Source: a virus
Direction: 5' to 3' (one strand)
Length of the DNA stretch: 64,000 nucleotides
IMG/VR virus record: IMGVR_UViG_3300006914_000013
Coordinates: 1 to 64,000 of that record
The notes beneath the pieces are model-generated. The model did no database searches. It was not told where the DNA came from and saw only the letters and a list, made by a program, of their open reading frames with translations. Shown piece by piece: positions 56,310-64,000 of the stretch. How positions within the stretch are numbered: the stretch's first letter is position 1; every line of letters starts with the position of its first letter. Made by a program: the position numbers and the translations under genes.

Positions 56310-56474
56310 TCAATCGTACTCCTTGACCTGGAACCGGTAGTTGCTGTCTTCGGGGCCGCCTGAGCCCTCGCGCTTGCCTGCCTTGATCCGGGTCACGGCC
56401 TCGTCCAGGGCGTCATCCAGGTCACTCTCTTCCTCGCCTTCCAGCTCGATGGTGATGCTGCGTTTCAGGGTCAT
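56310..56474 (-). CDS. Small acidic hypothetical protein
   Basis: MTLKRSITIELEG; GAAGGA SD. Confidence 0.65.
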   Translation of the reverse strand: MTLKRSITIELEGEEESDLDDALDEAVTRIKAGKREGSGGPEDSNYRFQVKEYD

Positions 56475-56478
56475 GGTG

Positions 56479-56721
56479 TCATTCCTTCTCAGGTGGTGGG
56501 GGTACTTCGCCATGCACAGTGGCCCAGCAGTCGAGCAGCAGTTCGGCGACTCGTAGCGGGTACCGGCTTTGCATGATCTTGCGTACACCAGGGCGATCAG
56601 CGACCGGCAACTGGTTCACGATGTTGCGGGCCACCGCACGCACGGCGGCGTCGGTCTTGTGGATGCGGGCGGCGAGGACGATCAGCAGCACGGCGTCGAC
56701 CGCGTTGTACCGGGCGGCCAT
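56479..56721 (-). CDS. Hypothetical protein
   Basis: TGATG-coupled to the upstream gene. Confidence 0.6.
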   Translation of the reverse strand: MAARYNAVDAVLLIVLAARIHKTDAAVRAVARNIVNQLPVADRPGVRKIMQSRYPLRVAELLLDCWATVHGEVPPPPEKE

Positions 56722-56939
56722 CAGCTGAGCCCCACGGTTTGCATGGTCTTGCTGCGCACGCGCTGGGGTTCGATCCGGTAGGTGACCAGCGGGTTCTTGG
56801 CGCGCTGCTTACGCAGGCAGGCGTCCGCTTCGTCGCGGTCAAAGGTGCTGAGCAGGGACACCCAGCCGTGACCGACGTAGAGGCCCTGCACATGGTAAAG
56901 GTCGTAGGTGATGCGGCGGGACGGACGGGGGGAACGCAT
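56721..56939 (-). CDS. Hypothetical phage protein
   Basis: VQG.Y..GW......D..EA...L.......YRI...R; AAGGA SD. Confidence 0.6.
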   Translation of the reverse strand: MRSPRPSRRITYDLYHVQGLYVGHGWVSLLSTFDRDEADACLRKQRAKNPLVTYRIEPQRVRSKTMQTVGLS

Positions 56940-57007
56940 GGGGGCTTCCTTGTTCTTGGAATTCTCCCCACACATTGCCTTGGTTGCAGGTGGCCAGCAA
57001 CTGCGAG

Positions 57008-57253
57008 TTAAAGCCCCCCGTAGCCGTCTTTTTCCAGCGCGACCTTGATCAGCCCGCTGATGGTTTTCGGCCCGGCGGCGGTGTCCTTGTTCGACAGGCG
57101 GCGGGTTTCCAGTTCACGGATCATCGACTTCGGCAAGCTGATGGTGATCGAGGCCGGGACATCTTTCTCGCCGTCCCCCGCCACACCCGCCAAGCGTTTG
57201 GCCAAGTCCCCAGCGATCTGCGCTTGGCTTTTCTCTGCCTCTGCCTTACCCAT
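57008..57253 (-). CDS. ParG-like ribbon-helix-helix partition protein
   Basis: 81 aa overlapping the parA 3' end; ITISLPKS..RELE...TISGLIK.AL. Confidence 0.7.
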   Translation of the reverse strand: MGKAEAEKSQAQIAGDLAKRLAGVAGDGEKDVPASITISLPKSMIRELETRRLSNKDTAAGPKTISGLIKVALEKDGYGGL

Positions 57254-57887
57254 AAAACACCTCGTCCAGTAGTTCGTTGATTTCTTCTTTGGCTTTGTTG
57301 CTGCCGCACTCCAGCACCGACAGCCCCTTTTTCATGCTGCTTTTGTAGATTTTGCGGTAGCGCCCGACGCTGTTCAGCACCTCAAACTCGGGGTACGGCA
57401 GCAGGGCTTCAAGGAATTCCGCACGCTCGATGACCCTGCCTTGGGCGTGGGTTTCGCCGAACGTCTGATAGATCAGGACGCGCAGTTTCGGGTTCGACGG
57501 CGAAATCTCGGCGTACTGCTTGCGCAGGCGCTTGAGCGTGTCGGTGTCCAGTTCACTGCATTGCAGCGGGCAGATGACTATGTCCGCCACGCACATCGAC
57601 GTGATCAGTTCCGTGCTGTTGTGCCCGGCCACGTCGATCAGCACATGCTCGTACTTGTCGGCCAGGTTGGCGACGGCGTTCACCAGGTTGCCGTACTTCT
57701 GCGCGTGCGGGACCACCGGCTGGTGTTCGGCGGCTGCCCGGTTGCCGTGCCAGAGGTGACAACTGCCCTGCCCATCACCATCGAGCACGACCACGTCCTT
57801 GCCTCTAATCGTCAGACCGATCGCGAGGTTCATGCAGGTGGTCGTCTTGCCCACCCCACCCTTGTTGCTGCCCACGACAACTTTCAT
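57246..57887 (-). CDS. parA: ParA Walker-type partition ATPase (short, type Ib)
   Basis: KGGVGKTT, LDGDGQGS, LIDVAG; no N-terminal HTH. Confidence 0.92.
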   Translation of the reverse strand: MKVVVGSNKGGVGKTTTCMNLAIGLTIRGKDVVVLDGDGQGSCHLWHGNRAAAEHQPVVPHAQKYGNLVNAVANLADKYEHVLIDVAGHNSTELITSMCVADIVICPLQCSELDTDTLKRLRKQYAEISPSNPKLRVLIYQTFGETHAQGRVIERAEFLEALLPYPEFEVLNSVGRYRKIYKSSMKKGLSVLECGSNKAKEEINELLDEVFYG

Positions 57888-58047
57888 AAAATTGGCCCTC
57901 ACCAGTTTTAAAACCCGTTGGTACACAGTACCGCTGGTGAGCCTAGCGTCCGCGCCATGAATACGCAATTCATGTATGTGAATTCATGGAAAGTGGCGTC
58001 TGTCGGCAGGCTTTGCTCGGCGGGACAGGGTGATCTAGAGTTCTAGC

Positions 58048-58176
58048 GAGGGGCAAAGGTGCTGCCGGACGAATTCTCCCCATAAGCCGGCACTCACGCA
58101 GAACGGACGGGGTTGCGTCTACCGCGCTGAAAGATGCGCGATTAGCCAGAGCGGACAGACACGGCCTTTGCCCCTC
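58048..58176. other. Multibranch structured element: 12-bp inverted repeat enclosing three hairpins
   Basis: GAGGGGCAAAGG/CCTTTGCCCCTC closing TGCCGG/CCGGCA, ACGCA/TGCGT and CGCGC/GCGCG. Confidence 0.55.
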
Positions 58177-58179
58177 CCC

Positions 58180-58800
58180 TCACCCCTTCGGGAAAAAGTC
58201 GCGGATGTCCGCGTGCATCGACCCGAGCGTCATCATGAACAGCGCCGCGTCGACGCCGTGCAGGTTGAGCGACGGCACTAGGCTGTTCTGCGGGGCGATC
58301 GCCGTGGAGCAGAAGAACGGGTCGTCGGCCATGTTGAAGTGCAACCGGCAGGCCAGCGGCCGAACCTCGTAGATCGAGCAGCGCCCACCCTTCAAGAAGG
58401 TGCAGGGCACGCCAAAGTATTTGTCCTGGATGGCCACGACATCCGCCGGAAACGCGCCGGTCTTCACCGGCTTGCGCCCGATCACTTCGCCGATGCGCCG
58501 CGCTTCGACATCCGACATCAGCACGGCGATGTTGCAGCAATGACTACAGCCCTTGCGGCAGGCGGTGAACGGCAGGATTTCTTCGCTGGCCTCATCCACC
58601 AGCTTGACCAGCTTGTTGTAACGAATGCGCTGGCTCAGTGGCAGTCGCGCTATCTCCATCGCTTCATCGCCGAGGCGGCCCGCTGCGGCGGTCTTGGCGT
58701 TCAGGCGGGCGACGTTGACTTGGGCTTGGGCCTCGGCCTGCTCGCGCAGGGCGGGCAGTTGCTCAACCGGGATCAGGGTCGCAGGGTCGGGGCGTTTCAT
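58180..58800 (-). CDS. YkgJ family CxxxCxxCC Zn/Fe-S cluster protein
   Basis: CRKGCSHCC and CTFL....CSIYEVRPLACR. Confidence 0.88.
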   Translation of the reverse strand: MKRPDPATLIPVEQLPALREQAEAQAQVNVARLNAKTAAAGRLGDEAMEIARLPLSQRIRYNKLVKLVDEASEEILPFTACRKGCSHCCNIAVLMSDVEARRIGEVIGRKPVKTGAFPADVVAIQDKYFGVPCTFLKGGRCSIYEVRPLACRLHFNMADDPFFCSTAIAPQNSLVPSLNLHGVDAALFMMTLGSMHADIRDFFPKG

Positions 58801-59126
58801 GCCTTGTCCTCCACCCACCAGACGCTCTCGATTTCCAGCAGCGGGTCACCGTGGCGCGGGTGCCCTTCCTCCATCTTGCCGGTGGCTTTGCTGCGGTACG
58901 GCGGGTTATCGAAGCGGGTCAGCGTGACACCGGCCACCCCGTTGGCTTCCAGCAAGCCCTTGGCCTGGCGCAGGCGGCTGGCCTGTTCCTCCCGGGGCAG
59001 CCCGGTGGGCGCTTCCAGGTACACGGTGCAGAAGTGCCCGCCGTGGCGGCGGGTGTCGATGGTCAGGCCCAGGTGTTCGGCCTCGCGTCTTATTTCAGCG
59101 ACGACTTCAGCGTCAGTCAGAGACAT
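58797..59126 (-). CDS. Hypothetical protein
   Basis: Coupled to the YkgJ-like gene. Confidence 0.6.
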   Translation of the reverse strand: MSLTDAEVVAEIRREAEHLGLTIDTRRHGGHFCTVYLEAPTGLPREEQASRLRQAKGLLEANGVAGVTLTRFDNPPYRSKATGKMEEGHPRHGDPLLEIESVWWVEDKA

Positions 59127-59213
59127 GGCAGTTTCTCTCAGGGGTAAGGGGCGGCGGGGTAAACCGGCAGTTTACCAGCCGCGTCCGGGGTGGGTGGAAC
59201 AACTGTCGAGCGG

Positions 59214-59612
59214 TCAGGCCGTGGCCTGTAGCGCGGGCGGGCTGGTGTTCTGGAACGGCTTTTCCCAGGTGCCGAAGGTCAGGTCGATGTAATGCCCCAC
59301 GTCGAAGTAGTCGGTCATGGGGTCGCTGTTGTCGTGGTTGTCGTGGTTCATCGCGTCGATGATCTTGCCAACCTGCTCGCGCAGGGCTTCGTCTTTGATG
59401 TGGTCCTTGTACCAACAGGTGTTGACGTTGTAGTAGGTCTCGTTGCGCAGGGGCTGGCCCATCAGGCCCAGTACGTCGACCGGCGCGGAATACACGGTGC
59501 AGATCAGCGTGCTGTGGTGCCGCACCCTCAGGCTGTACTTCCAGTCTTTGGGGATCACCTCTTTCAGCAGTTTGGCGATTTCGGCTTTGTGCGCCTGGCT
59601 CATGTAGGCCAT
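59214..59612 (-). CDS. Conserved phage protein (LPD29-like)
   Basis: S.R..HHST...DNSDPMTDYFDVG.Y motif; AAGGAG SD. Confidence 0.65.
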   Translation of the reverse strand: MAYMSQAHKAEIAKLLKEVIPKDWKYSLRVRHHSTLICTVYSAPVDVLGLMGQPLRNETYYNVNTCWYKDHIKDEALREQVGKIIDAMNHDNHDNSDPMTDYFDVGHYIDLTFGTWEKPFQNTSPPALQATA

Positions 59613-59617
59613 GACGT

Positions 59618-59696
59618 TCTCCTTTGTACGGGCGTGAGCGGGCCTGCCGGGATGGTTGGCTGGCCCGCGGGGGTGGGGTTTCAGGGGTGTGGGGCG
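59618..59696 (-). repeat. Repeated leader element, copy A
   Basis: ~80 bp homologous to 60089-60170: C-rich box, hairpin, SD. Confidence 0.8.
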
Positions 59697-60083
59697 TCAG
59701 GCTTTCTTGTAGTAGCGTTCCGCGTCCGTCTCTTTCAACTTGTAGCGCTTGCCCTCGGCGTTCTCGATGATCCACGGGTATTCCGAACTGCGGCTGTTGT
59801 ACTTGACCAGGCGGCTGACGCCGATGCGCGGGATGTCAGGGCGCAGGGCCGGGTCGAGGCCGTACATCGTGGCGTACTGGATCGCCATGGTTTCTTCCAT
59901 GCTCATCTTGCCCTTCACCTGGAATTCCACCTTGAGCGAGCAGGAACCCTCGGAAAAGCTGATGTTGCCCGGCTTGACCTCGATCATCGGGTCAAGGTCT
60001 TTGAGCGCCACGTCCACCATGGCGCGCAGCAGTTTCAGGTTGGCCTTGTTGAAGCCGTCTTTGAATGCGGAAGTGTCTGACAT
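59697..60083 (-). CDS. Hypothetical phage protein
   Basis: AAGGAG SD; YN.R...YP......GK.YK motif. Confidence 0.7.
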   Translation of the reverse strand: MSDTSAFKDGFNKANLKLLRAMVDVALKDLDPMIEVKPGNISFSEGSCSLKVEFQVKGKMSMEETMAIQYATMYGLDPALRPDIPRIGVSRLVKYNSRSSEYPWIIENAEGKRYKLKETDAERYYKKA

Positions 60084-60088
60084 GGTGT

Positions 60089-60170
60089 TTCTCCTTTCTA
60101 CAGGCAGGGGTGGGCCTGCCGGGGTGTTGGCTGGCCCATAAGGTTGGGGGTTTACGGGGTGCGGCGGGGG
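60089..60170 (-). repeat. Repeated leader element, copy B
   Basis: Homologous to 59618-59696. Confidence 0.8.
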
Positions 60171-60566
60171 TTACTCGGGGTTAGCCAGATCCACCTTTGT
60201 GGTCTCGCCGGTGAGGGAGTCAACCACGGTGAACACGCAGGCGGTGTCCGGTTCGCCTAAGCGGATGCGCGACTGGAAGTAAGCGTCCGCCGCGTCCTGC
60301 GCCGCCATCCTTGGGTTGTCGGCTTCCTGGTCCACTTCCCAGCGCACCACGTACTCTGGAACGGTGCGGCAGTCGTCCGCGTCGAGGTTGAAGAACCAGG
60401 CGTTGGCGCTGTGGCCACAGTCCTGACAGGTCATGGGGGATTCCGCGTCAAACTCATGGTCGCCGTCGATTTCGGTTTCGAAGTTGTCCGCAGATTGAAT
60501 CAGGTTGGCGGTGGTCATGATGGCCACCTGCAAGCTGGTTGATTTGCATTTTGGGCATTGCCACAT
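60171..60566 (-). CDS. Zinc-ribbon hypothetical protein
   Basis: CPKC...CQDC. Confidence 0.7.
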   Translation of the reverse strand: MWQCPKCKSTSLQVAIMTTANLIQSADNFETEIDGDHEFDAESPMTCQDCGHSANAWFFNLDADDCRTVPEYVVRWEVDQEADNPRMAAQDAADAYFQSRIRLGEPDTACVFTVVDSLTGETTKVDLANPE

Positions 60567-60589
60567 GGTTGCGATCCTCTAGGGGTGGG

Positions 60590-60784
60590 TTAGTTACTGG
60601 CGCGCTCGGCGAACCAGGCTTGCGCCGCCGGTTCGCATTCTTCCAGGGTGTCGACGGCGCCGACGTAGTCCAGACATTCCTCGCTGGCGAACAGCTCATA
60701 GACCGGCACGGTGGGGTCGTACACGGCCCACACCTCCAGCCCGTTCTTGCGGCCGTCCGTGGCAATCAGGATTGGCTTGTTCAT
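60590..60784 (-). CDS. Small hypothetical protein
   Basis: MNKPILIAT with GGAGG SD; coupled. Confidence 0.65.
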   Translation of the reverse strand: MNKPILIATDGRKNGLEVWAVYDPTVPVYELFASEECLDYVGAVDTLEECEPAAQAWFAERASN

Positions 60785-61071
60785 GCCGAGTCCTCCGGCA
60801 GTTTGATCAGCAGGGTCACGCCGTGGCGGCTGCCGCCGAGCCCGGAACGGCACAGCTCGCATTCCTGCCAGCTGAACTCGTCGTTGCCGTAGCCTTCGGG
60901 GTCGTCCTCGGTCGGGGCGACCCCACAGTTGAAGTGGGCGTCTTTGCCGTCCACTTCCCGGGCGATCGCCTCGGTAAACTCGCTCTCCTGGCGATCCTCG
61001 GGCACATCGCCGTTGGCGATGTACAGCAGGCAGTCTTGGCAGACGCTGTATTCGATGGTGTCGAAGTTCAT
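60781..61071 (-). CDS. Small acidic CxxC protein
   Basis: VCQDC...ANG...FSW..CELC..LGGSRH; GGAGG SD. Confidence 0.7.
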   Translation of the reverse strand: MNFDTIEYSVCQDCLLYIANGDVPEDRQESEFTEAIAREVDGKDAHFNCGVAPTEDDPEGYGNDEFSWQECELCRSGLGGSRHGVTLLIKLPEDSA

Positions 61072-61349
61072 GGTTGACCCCTCCAGGCCAAGTATCTGGC
61101 TTTCTGTTCGTCGCTGAGCCAGTGGCCCCGGTCCAGCTTGTCGACCCACACATCCCCGTCCGCGTCCACGCTGGCGGTGATGCAGTTGAACCATTCGCAG
61201 ATCCCGTCCTCGTCGTCCGGGGTGATGGTCACCTCAACCAGCGCGTCAAACTGCGCCTGCTGGTCGCCTTCCCAGTCAGACATTTCAGAGCGCCAGTTGT
61301 CCTCAGTGTCGACCGAGCCGGTGGCGGTGTTCATCAGGTAACGGGTCAT
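61068..61349 (-). CDS. Hypothetical protein
   Basis: GAGGTG SD; coupled. Confidence 0.65.
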   Translation of the reverse strand: MTRYLMNTATGSVDTEDNWRSEMSDWEGDQQAQFDALVEVTITPDDEDGICEWFNCITASVDADGDVWVDKLDRGHWLSDEQKARYLAWRGQP

Positions 61350-61350
61350 G

Positions 61351-61908
61351 TCACACCTCGCTGAGTGGGCCGATCCAGTAGCCCTTGACGGTGACGCTGC
61401 CCTTCTCTTGCAGTTCCTTCGTCGCCGCGTCGGCCCTGGCGATGTGCGCCGGGGTCCCGCCGCCCTCGATCTGCAACAGCGTCAGGTTGAGGGCGTGCTT
61501 CTTGACGCAGCCGATCTTGCCGTTGGGTCTACGCATCCCGTAATACTCAACGCCTTTGTCCGCATCGGGGACCTCGTAGGCGTCGACGCAGATTTGCGAC
61601 GACTTGACCTTGATTTCGATGCACAGCAGGTTGGGGATTTCCAAGTAGCGCTGCAAATCGGAGAGGGGCATGTGCTCGCCGAAGTCATCGCCGCCGAACT
61701 TGGCGTGGCAGGTGTCATACCAGTCTTCATCCTTGCTCGGGTCGCAGCCCGGGAAGTAGATAATGCACTTCGGCGCCGGGTCCATGCCCAGGGACATTCC
61801 GAGGTAGGCGCCCTGATCCTTGGCGATGAACCACTGGTCTTGCTTGTGCTCGATGCCGAAATCAACCAGCTGTTGAACCTGACGTTTGGACAATTCAATG
61901 GAGTGCAT
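61351..61908 (-). CDS. DUF3085-like protein with C-terminal extension
   Basis: KDQGAYL...Y..GCDP..D..W......FGGDDFGE. Confidence 0.75.
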   Translation of the reverse strand: MHSIELSKRQVQQLVDFGIEHKQDQWFIAKDQGAYLGMSLGMDPAPKCIIYFPGCDPSKDEDWYDTCHAKFGGDDFGEHMPLSDLQRYLEIPNLLCIEIKVKSSQICVDAYEVPDADKGVEYYGMRRPNGKIGCVKKHALNLTLLQIEGGGTPAHIARADAATKELQEKGSVTVKGYWIGPLSEV

Positions 61909-61971
61909 GACGGTTACCTTCTTAGGGTTGGGGGGGTGTTACGGGGGTTATCGGCACCCTGATGGGTGGGG

Positions 61972-62505
61972 TTACAGGTTAGCGGCGCCCTTGACGATGC
62001 GAATGTTCGCTTCGCGGATGATCCGGCACAGCGCCTCTTCGTGGTCGCTGCCGTCGAATTCCTGGTCGATCTTTTCGAACACGGCGTTGGCCATGTCCAT
62101 GATCTCGGTCATTTCGTTGGTGTCGCCTACCAGGGGGATGTCGAGCAGGTCCACCCACGCCACCGTCTGCCCGCCGATCCGCAAGCCGAGGATGCCCCGG
62201 ATCGGCTTCTTGGTGGTGTCCGGGGTGTAGCAGCCGGACGGGTCAGTGATCCACAGTTCGCGGCCGTCGTCGGTGTCCACGCACAGGGCCTCACAGCCGC
62301 CGCCGGTGTCGATGACCACGAAACCGTAGTCTTTCACCGGGTCCGCTTCGAAGCGTCCGCACTCGCTGATGAAGGGGTTGCGGCACTCGTCGCCTTCATG
62401 GATGAAGGCCAGCAGGTACGGGCTGTAGGCCACGCTTTCCGGCTGTTCGAACAGGTACATGCGGCCGTAGTTGGGAGTGATCAGTTTCGGGATGGAGTTT
62501 TTCAT
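61972..62505 (-). CDS. Hypothetical protein
   Basis: TGGGC.AL motif; AGGA SD. Confidence 0.65.
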   Translation of the reverse strand: MKNSIPKLITPNYGRMYLFEQPESVAYSPYLLAFIHEGDECRNPFISECGRFEADPVKDYGFVVIDTGGGCEALCVDTDDGRELWITDPSGCYTPDTTKKPIRGILGLRIGGQTVAWVDLLDIPLVGDTNEMTEIMDMANAVFEKIDQEFDGSDHEEALCRIIREANIRIVKGAANL

Positions 62506-62509
62506 GGGG

Positions 62510-63043
62510 TTATTCCTGTTCAGCGATGCGTTTGAGTTCGTCCAGGGTTACTTGCTCCAGCCACTCCGGGCCGAAGTGATTGCGCAGGTATTGCAGGTGG
62601 CCACCGTCCGCGCCGTCTTTCGGGTAGCTGGCGCGGTACCAGCAGCGGTGCAGTTCCGCCTTCCACTTGCCGCCCTCACGGTTGGCGAAGACCAGCACGG
62701 CGGCGGCCTGTTCTTTGGTCGGCCGCCGCCCGAAGGCGACCACGGGCGGCGGGGCTTTCGGCGCGTAGTCGGGGAACGACTGGCGGGCGAACTTCTGCAC
62801 GTCCGGCGGCAGGTCGTCCCACTTCACCCGTTTGCCCAGGTGCGGGCCTGGTGTGGCCGCGCCGTGCTGGCCGAAGCCTTGCGGATGGAACGGGTGCTCA
62901 CTGGCGCCGATGCTGTTGAAGGTGCCGTCGCGCTCGCGTTCTTCCTTGGCCCAGCGCGGCGGGACCACGGTGTAGCGATCCCAGGTCCCGCCGCCGTTGT
63001 CGTAGCAGCGCAGGACGGTGCCGTAGCGTTCGAAGATGGTCAT
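62510..63043 (-). CDS. Hypothetical two-domain phage protein
   Basis: YDNGG.T.DRYTV...HP.GFGQH...HLGKR..W.DLP.DV; second domain ending LRN.FGP.WL. Confidence 0.7.
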   Translation of the reverse strand: MTIFERYGTVLRCYDNGGGTWDRYTVVPPRWAKEERERDGTFNSIGASEHPFHPQGFGQHGAATPGPHLGKRVKWDDLPPDVQKFARQSFPDYAPKAPPPVVAFGRRPTKEQAAAVLVFANREGGKWKAELHRCWYRASYPKDGADGGHLQYLRNHFGPEWLEQVTLDELKRIAEQE

Positions 63044-63045
63044 GG

Positions 63046-63270
63046 TCAGTCCTCTTCGGGGTGGGTTACAGACAGCTCCCACCAGCCGCGCCACATCACG
63101 CCGCCGAGGTCTTCCAGCAGTTCGCCTTCGTTGAAGCCCTCGCTGGCCAGCTGGATTGCCCGGGTAAACCCGGCTTCTTCCAGACATTCCCAGTGGCTCT
63201 TGGGTGGGTCGCTGGCGTCTTCCGGGTGCTGCCAGCGCAGGGTGATGGTGTATTTGCTTTCGTAGGCCAT
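63046..63270 (-). CDS. Hypothetical protein
   Basis: GGAG SD; EGF.EGEL...WRGWW. Confidence 0.65.
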   Translation of the reverse strand: MAYESKYTITLRWQHPEDASDPPKSHWECLEEAGFTRAIQLASEGFNEGELLEDLGGVMWRGWWELSVTHPEED

Positions 63271-63272
63271 GG

Positions 63273-63548
63273 TCAGTTCTCCAGGGCGAAGCGTGGCAGG
63301 AAGTGGCCGGTCAACCGGCCGGTGGTGCGGTCGATGTGATCGCGGATGCCGCAGGCGTCATGCAGGAAGTTGAAATTGTTGGAGGAATAGAGCGCCACCA
63401 GATCCAGCGGGCAGCCGTTGGCGTGGCAGGCGGTGAAGTCCATGGAGGCTTCCTGCCAATCGGCCTTGGGGTAGAACGCGCAATAGCGCCGGGTGATGTC
63501 ATGCAGCAGCTTGGCGTCCCCCTCGGTGACCTCGAAATTGACGGTCAT
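63273..63548 (-). CDS. DUF6874-like phage protein
   Basis: MD.TACHANGCPLDL..L.....NF.HD..GI..HIDR.TG.L...FLPRF. Confidence 0.7.
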   Translation of the reverse strand: MTVNFEVTEGDAKLLHDITRRYCAFYPKADWQEASMDFTACHANGCPLDLVALYSSNNFNFLHDACGIRDHIDRTTGRLTGHFLPRFALEN

Positions 63549-64000
63549 GGCTTGTTCGCTCCCACAGGGGCCGAGGCAGGGGCCAGCCCGGCTTCGGCTT
63601 CCTTGGCCAAGGCGCGCAGCACGTCGACCGGCTTGGTGTAGATCGAGGTCGGCGAGCCGCTGGCGATCAGGTCGGCCTTGCTGCGGGCGCCTTCGGCGAT
63701 GTCGCGCAGGCGTTTCTCCAGATCCGCGATCCGGGCCGGAGTGGCCAGCCGATCAAGGCGAAACGATGCCTCGGGAAAGCGTTGTTTCTCGGCAGCCAGC
63801 ACGCTGCGCGCCTCGGCTTCGGTGTACAGCGGGACCAGCACCGGGTCGGTGGTCAGGGGCAGCGGCCCCTCGTCGTCTTCGTCGCTGCGCTGTTGCAACC
63901 AAGTGGGGCGCGGCAAGCCGTACAGCGCAATGGCGTACTCCCGGGGTAGGGTGTTATGGGTCGGCCCGGTGTCCTCGTCGTCGACCAACTCGTCCACGAA
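63545..64000 (-). CDS. Hypothetical protein, probably 5'-truncated by the window edge
   Basis: Frame open to the window end; stop coupled to the next gene. Confidence 0.55.
   Translation of the reverse strand, partial: FVDELVDDEDTGPTHNTLPREYAIALYGLPRPTWLQQRSDEDDEGPLPLTTDPVLVPLYTEAEARSVLAAEKQRFPEASFRLDRLATPARIADLEKRLRDIAEGARSKADLIASGSPTSIYTKPVDVLRALAKEAEAGLAPASAPVGANKP

Noticed and set aside
58048-58176. Possible tRNA
   Set aside because: Too long; no TTC T-loop, canonical D-loop or CCA end.

Overview
The window is part of a GC-rich, long-tailed (siphovirus-type) dsDNA phage genome. Close MvaT, AmrZ and RsmA/CsrA homologues point to a Pseudomonas host. Layout: (i) a short leftward block including csrA (1-1449); (ii) a ~1 kb non-coding region with what look like two structured RNAs; (iii) a rightward late operon (2.5-33.4 kb) with GH108 endolysin, GpA-type terminase, portal, S49 protease/scaffold, capsid, neck, tail tube, 2204-aa tape measure, tail tip, repeat tail fibre and holin-like genes; (iv) a leftward replication/recombination module (33.4-48.1 kb) with a TraR-like protein, SbcC/SbcD, resolvase, Dda-like helicase, full three-domain PolA, SSB-like protein, SNF2 helicase and AEP primase-helicase; (v) a leftward accessory region with AmrZ-like and two MvaT-like regulators, a C5 DNA methyltransferase, a ParA/ParG-like partition pair and many small ORFs. 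No integrase, tRNA, rRNA or CRISPR array was seen. The most striking signals are a ~450-nt nested RNA fold upstream of csrA, a dual-frame methyltransferase whose alternative frame carries motif IX plus four tandem WPTP modules, a set of host global-regulator homologues, and 7-bp repeat arrays matching the parA upstream motif. All calls come from reading motifs by eye; no searches or folding programs were run.
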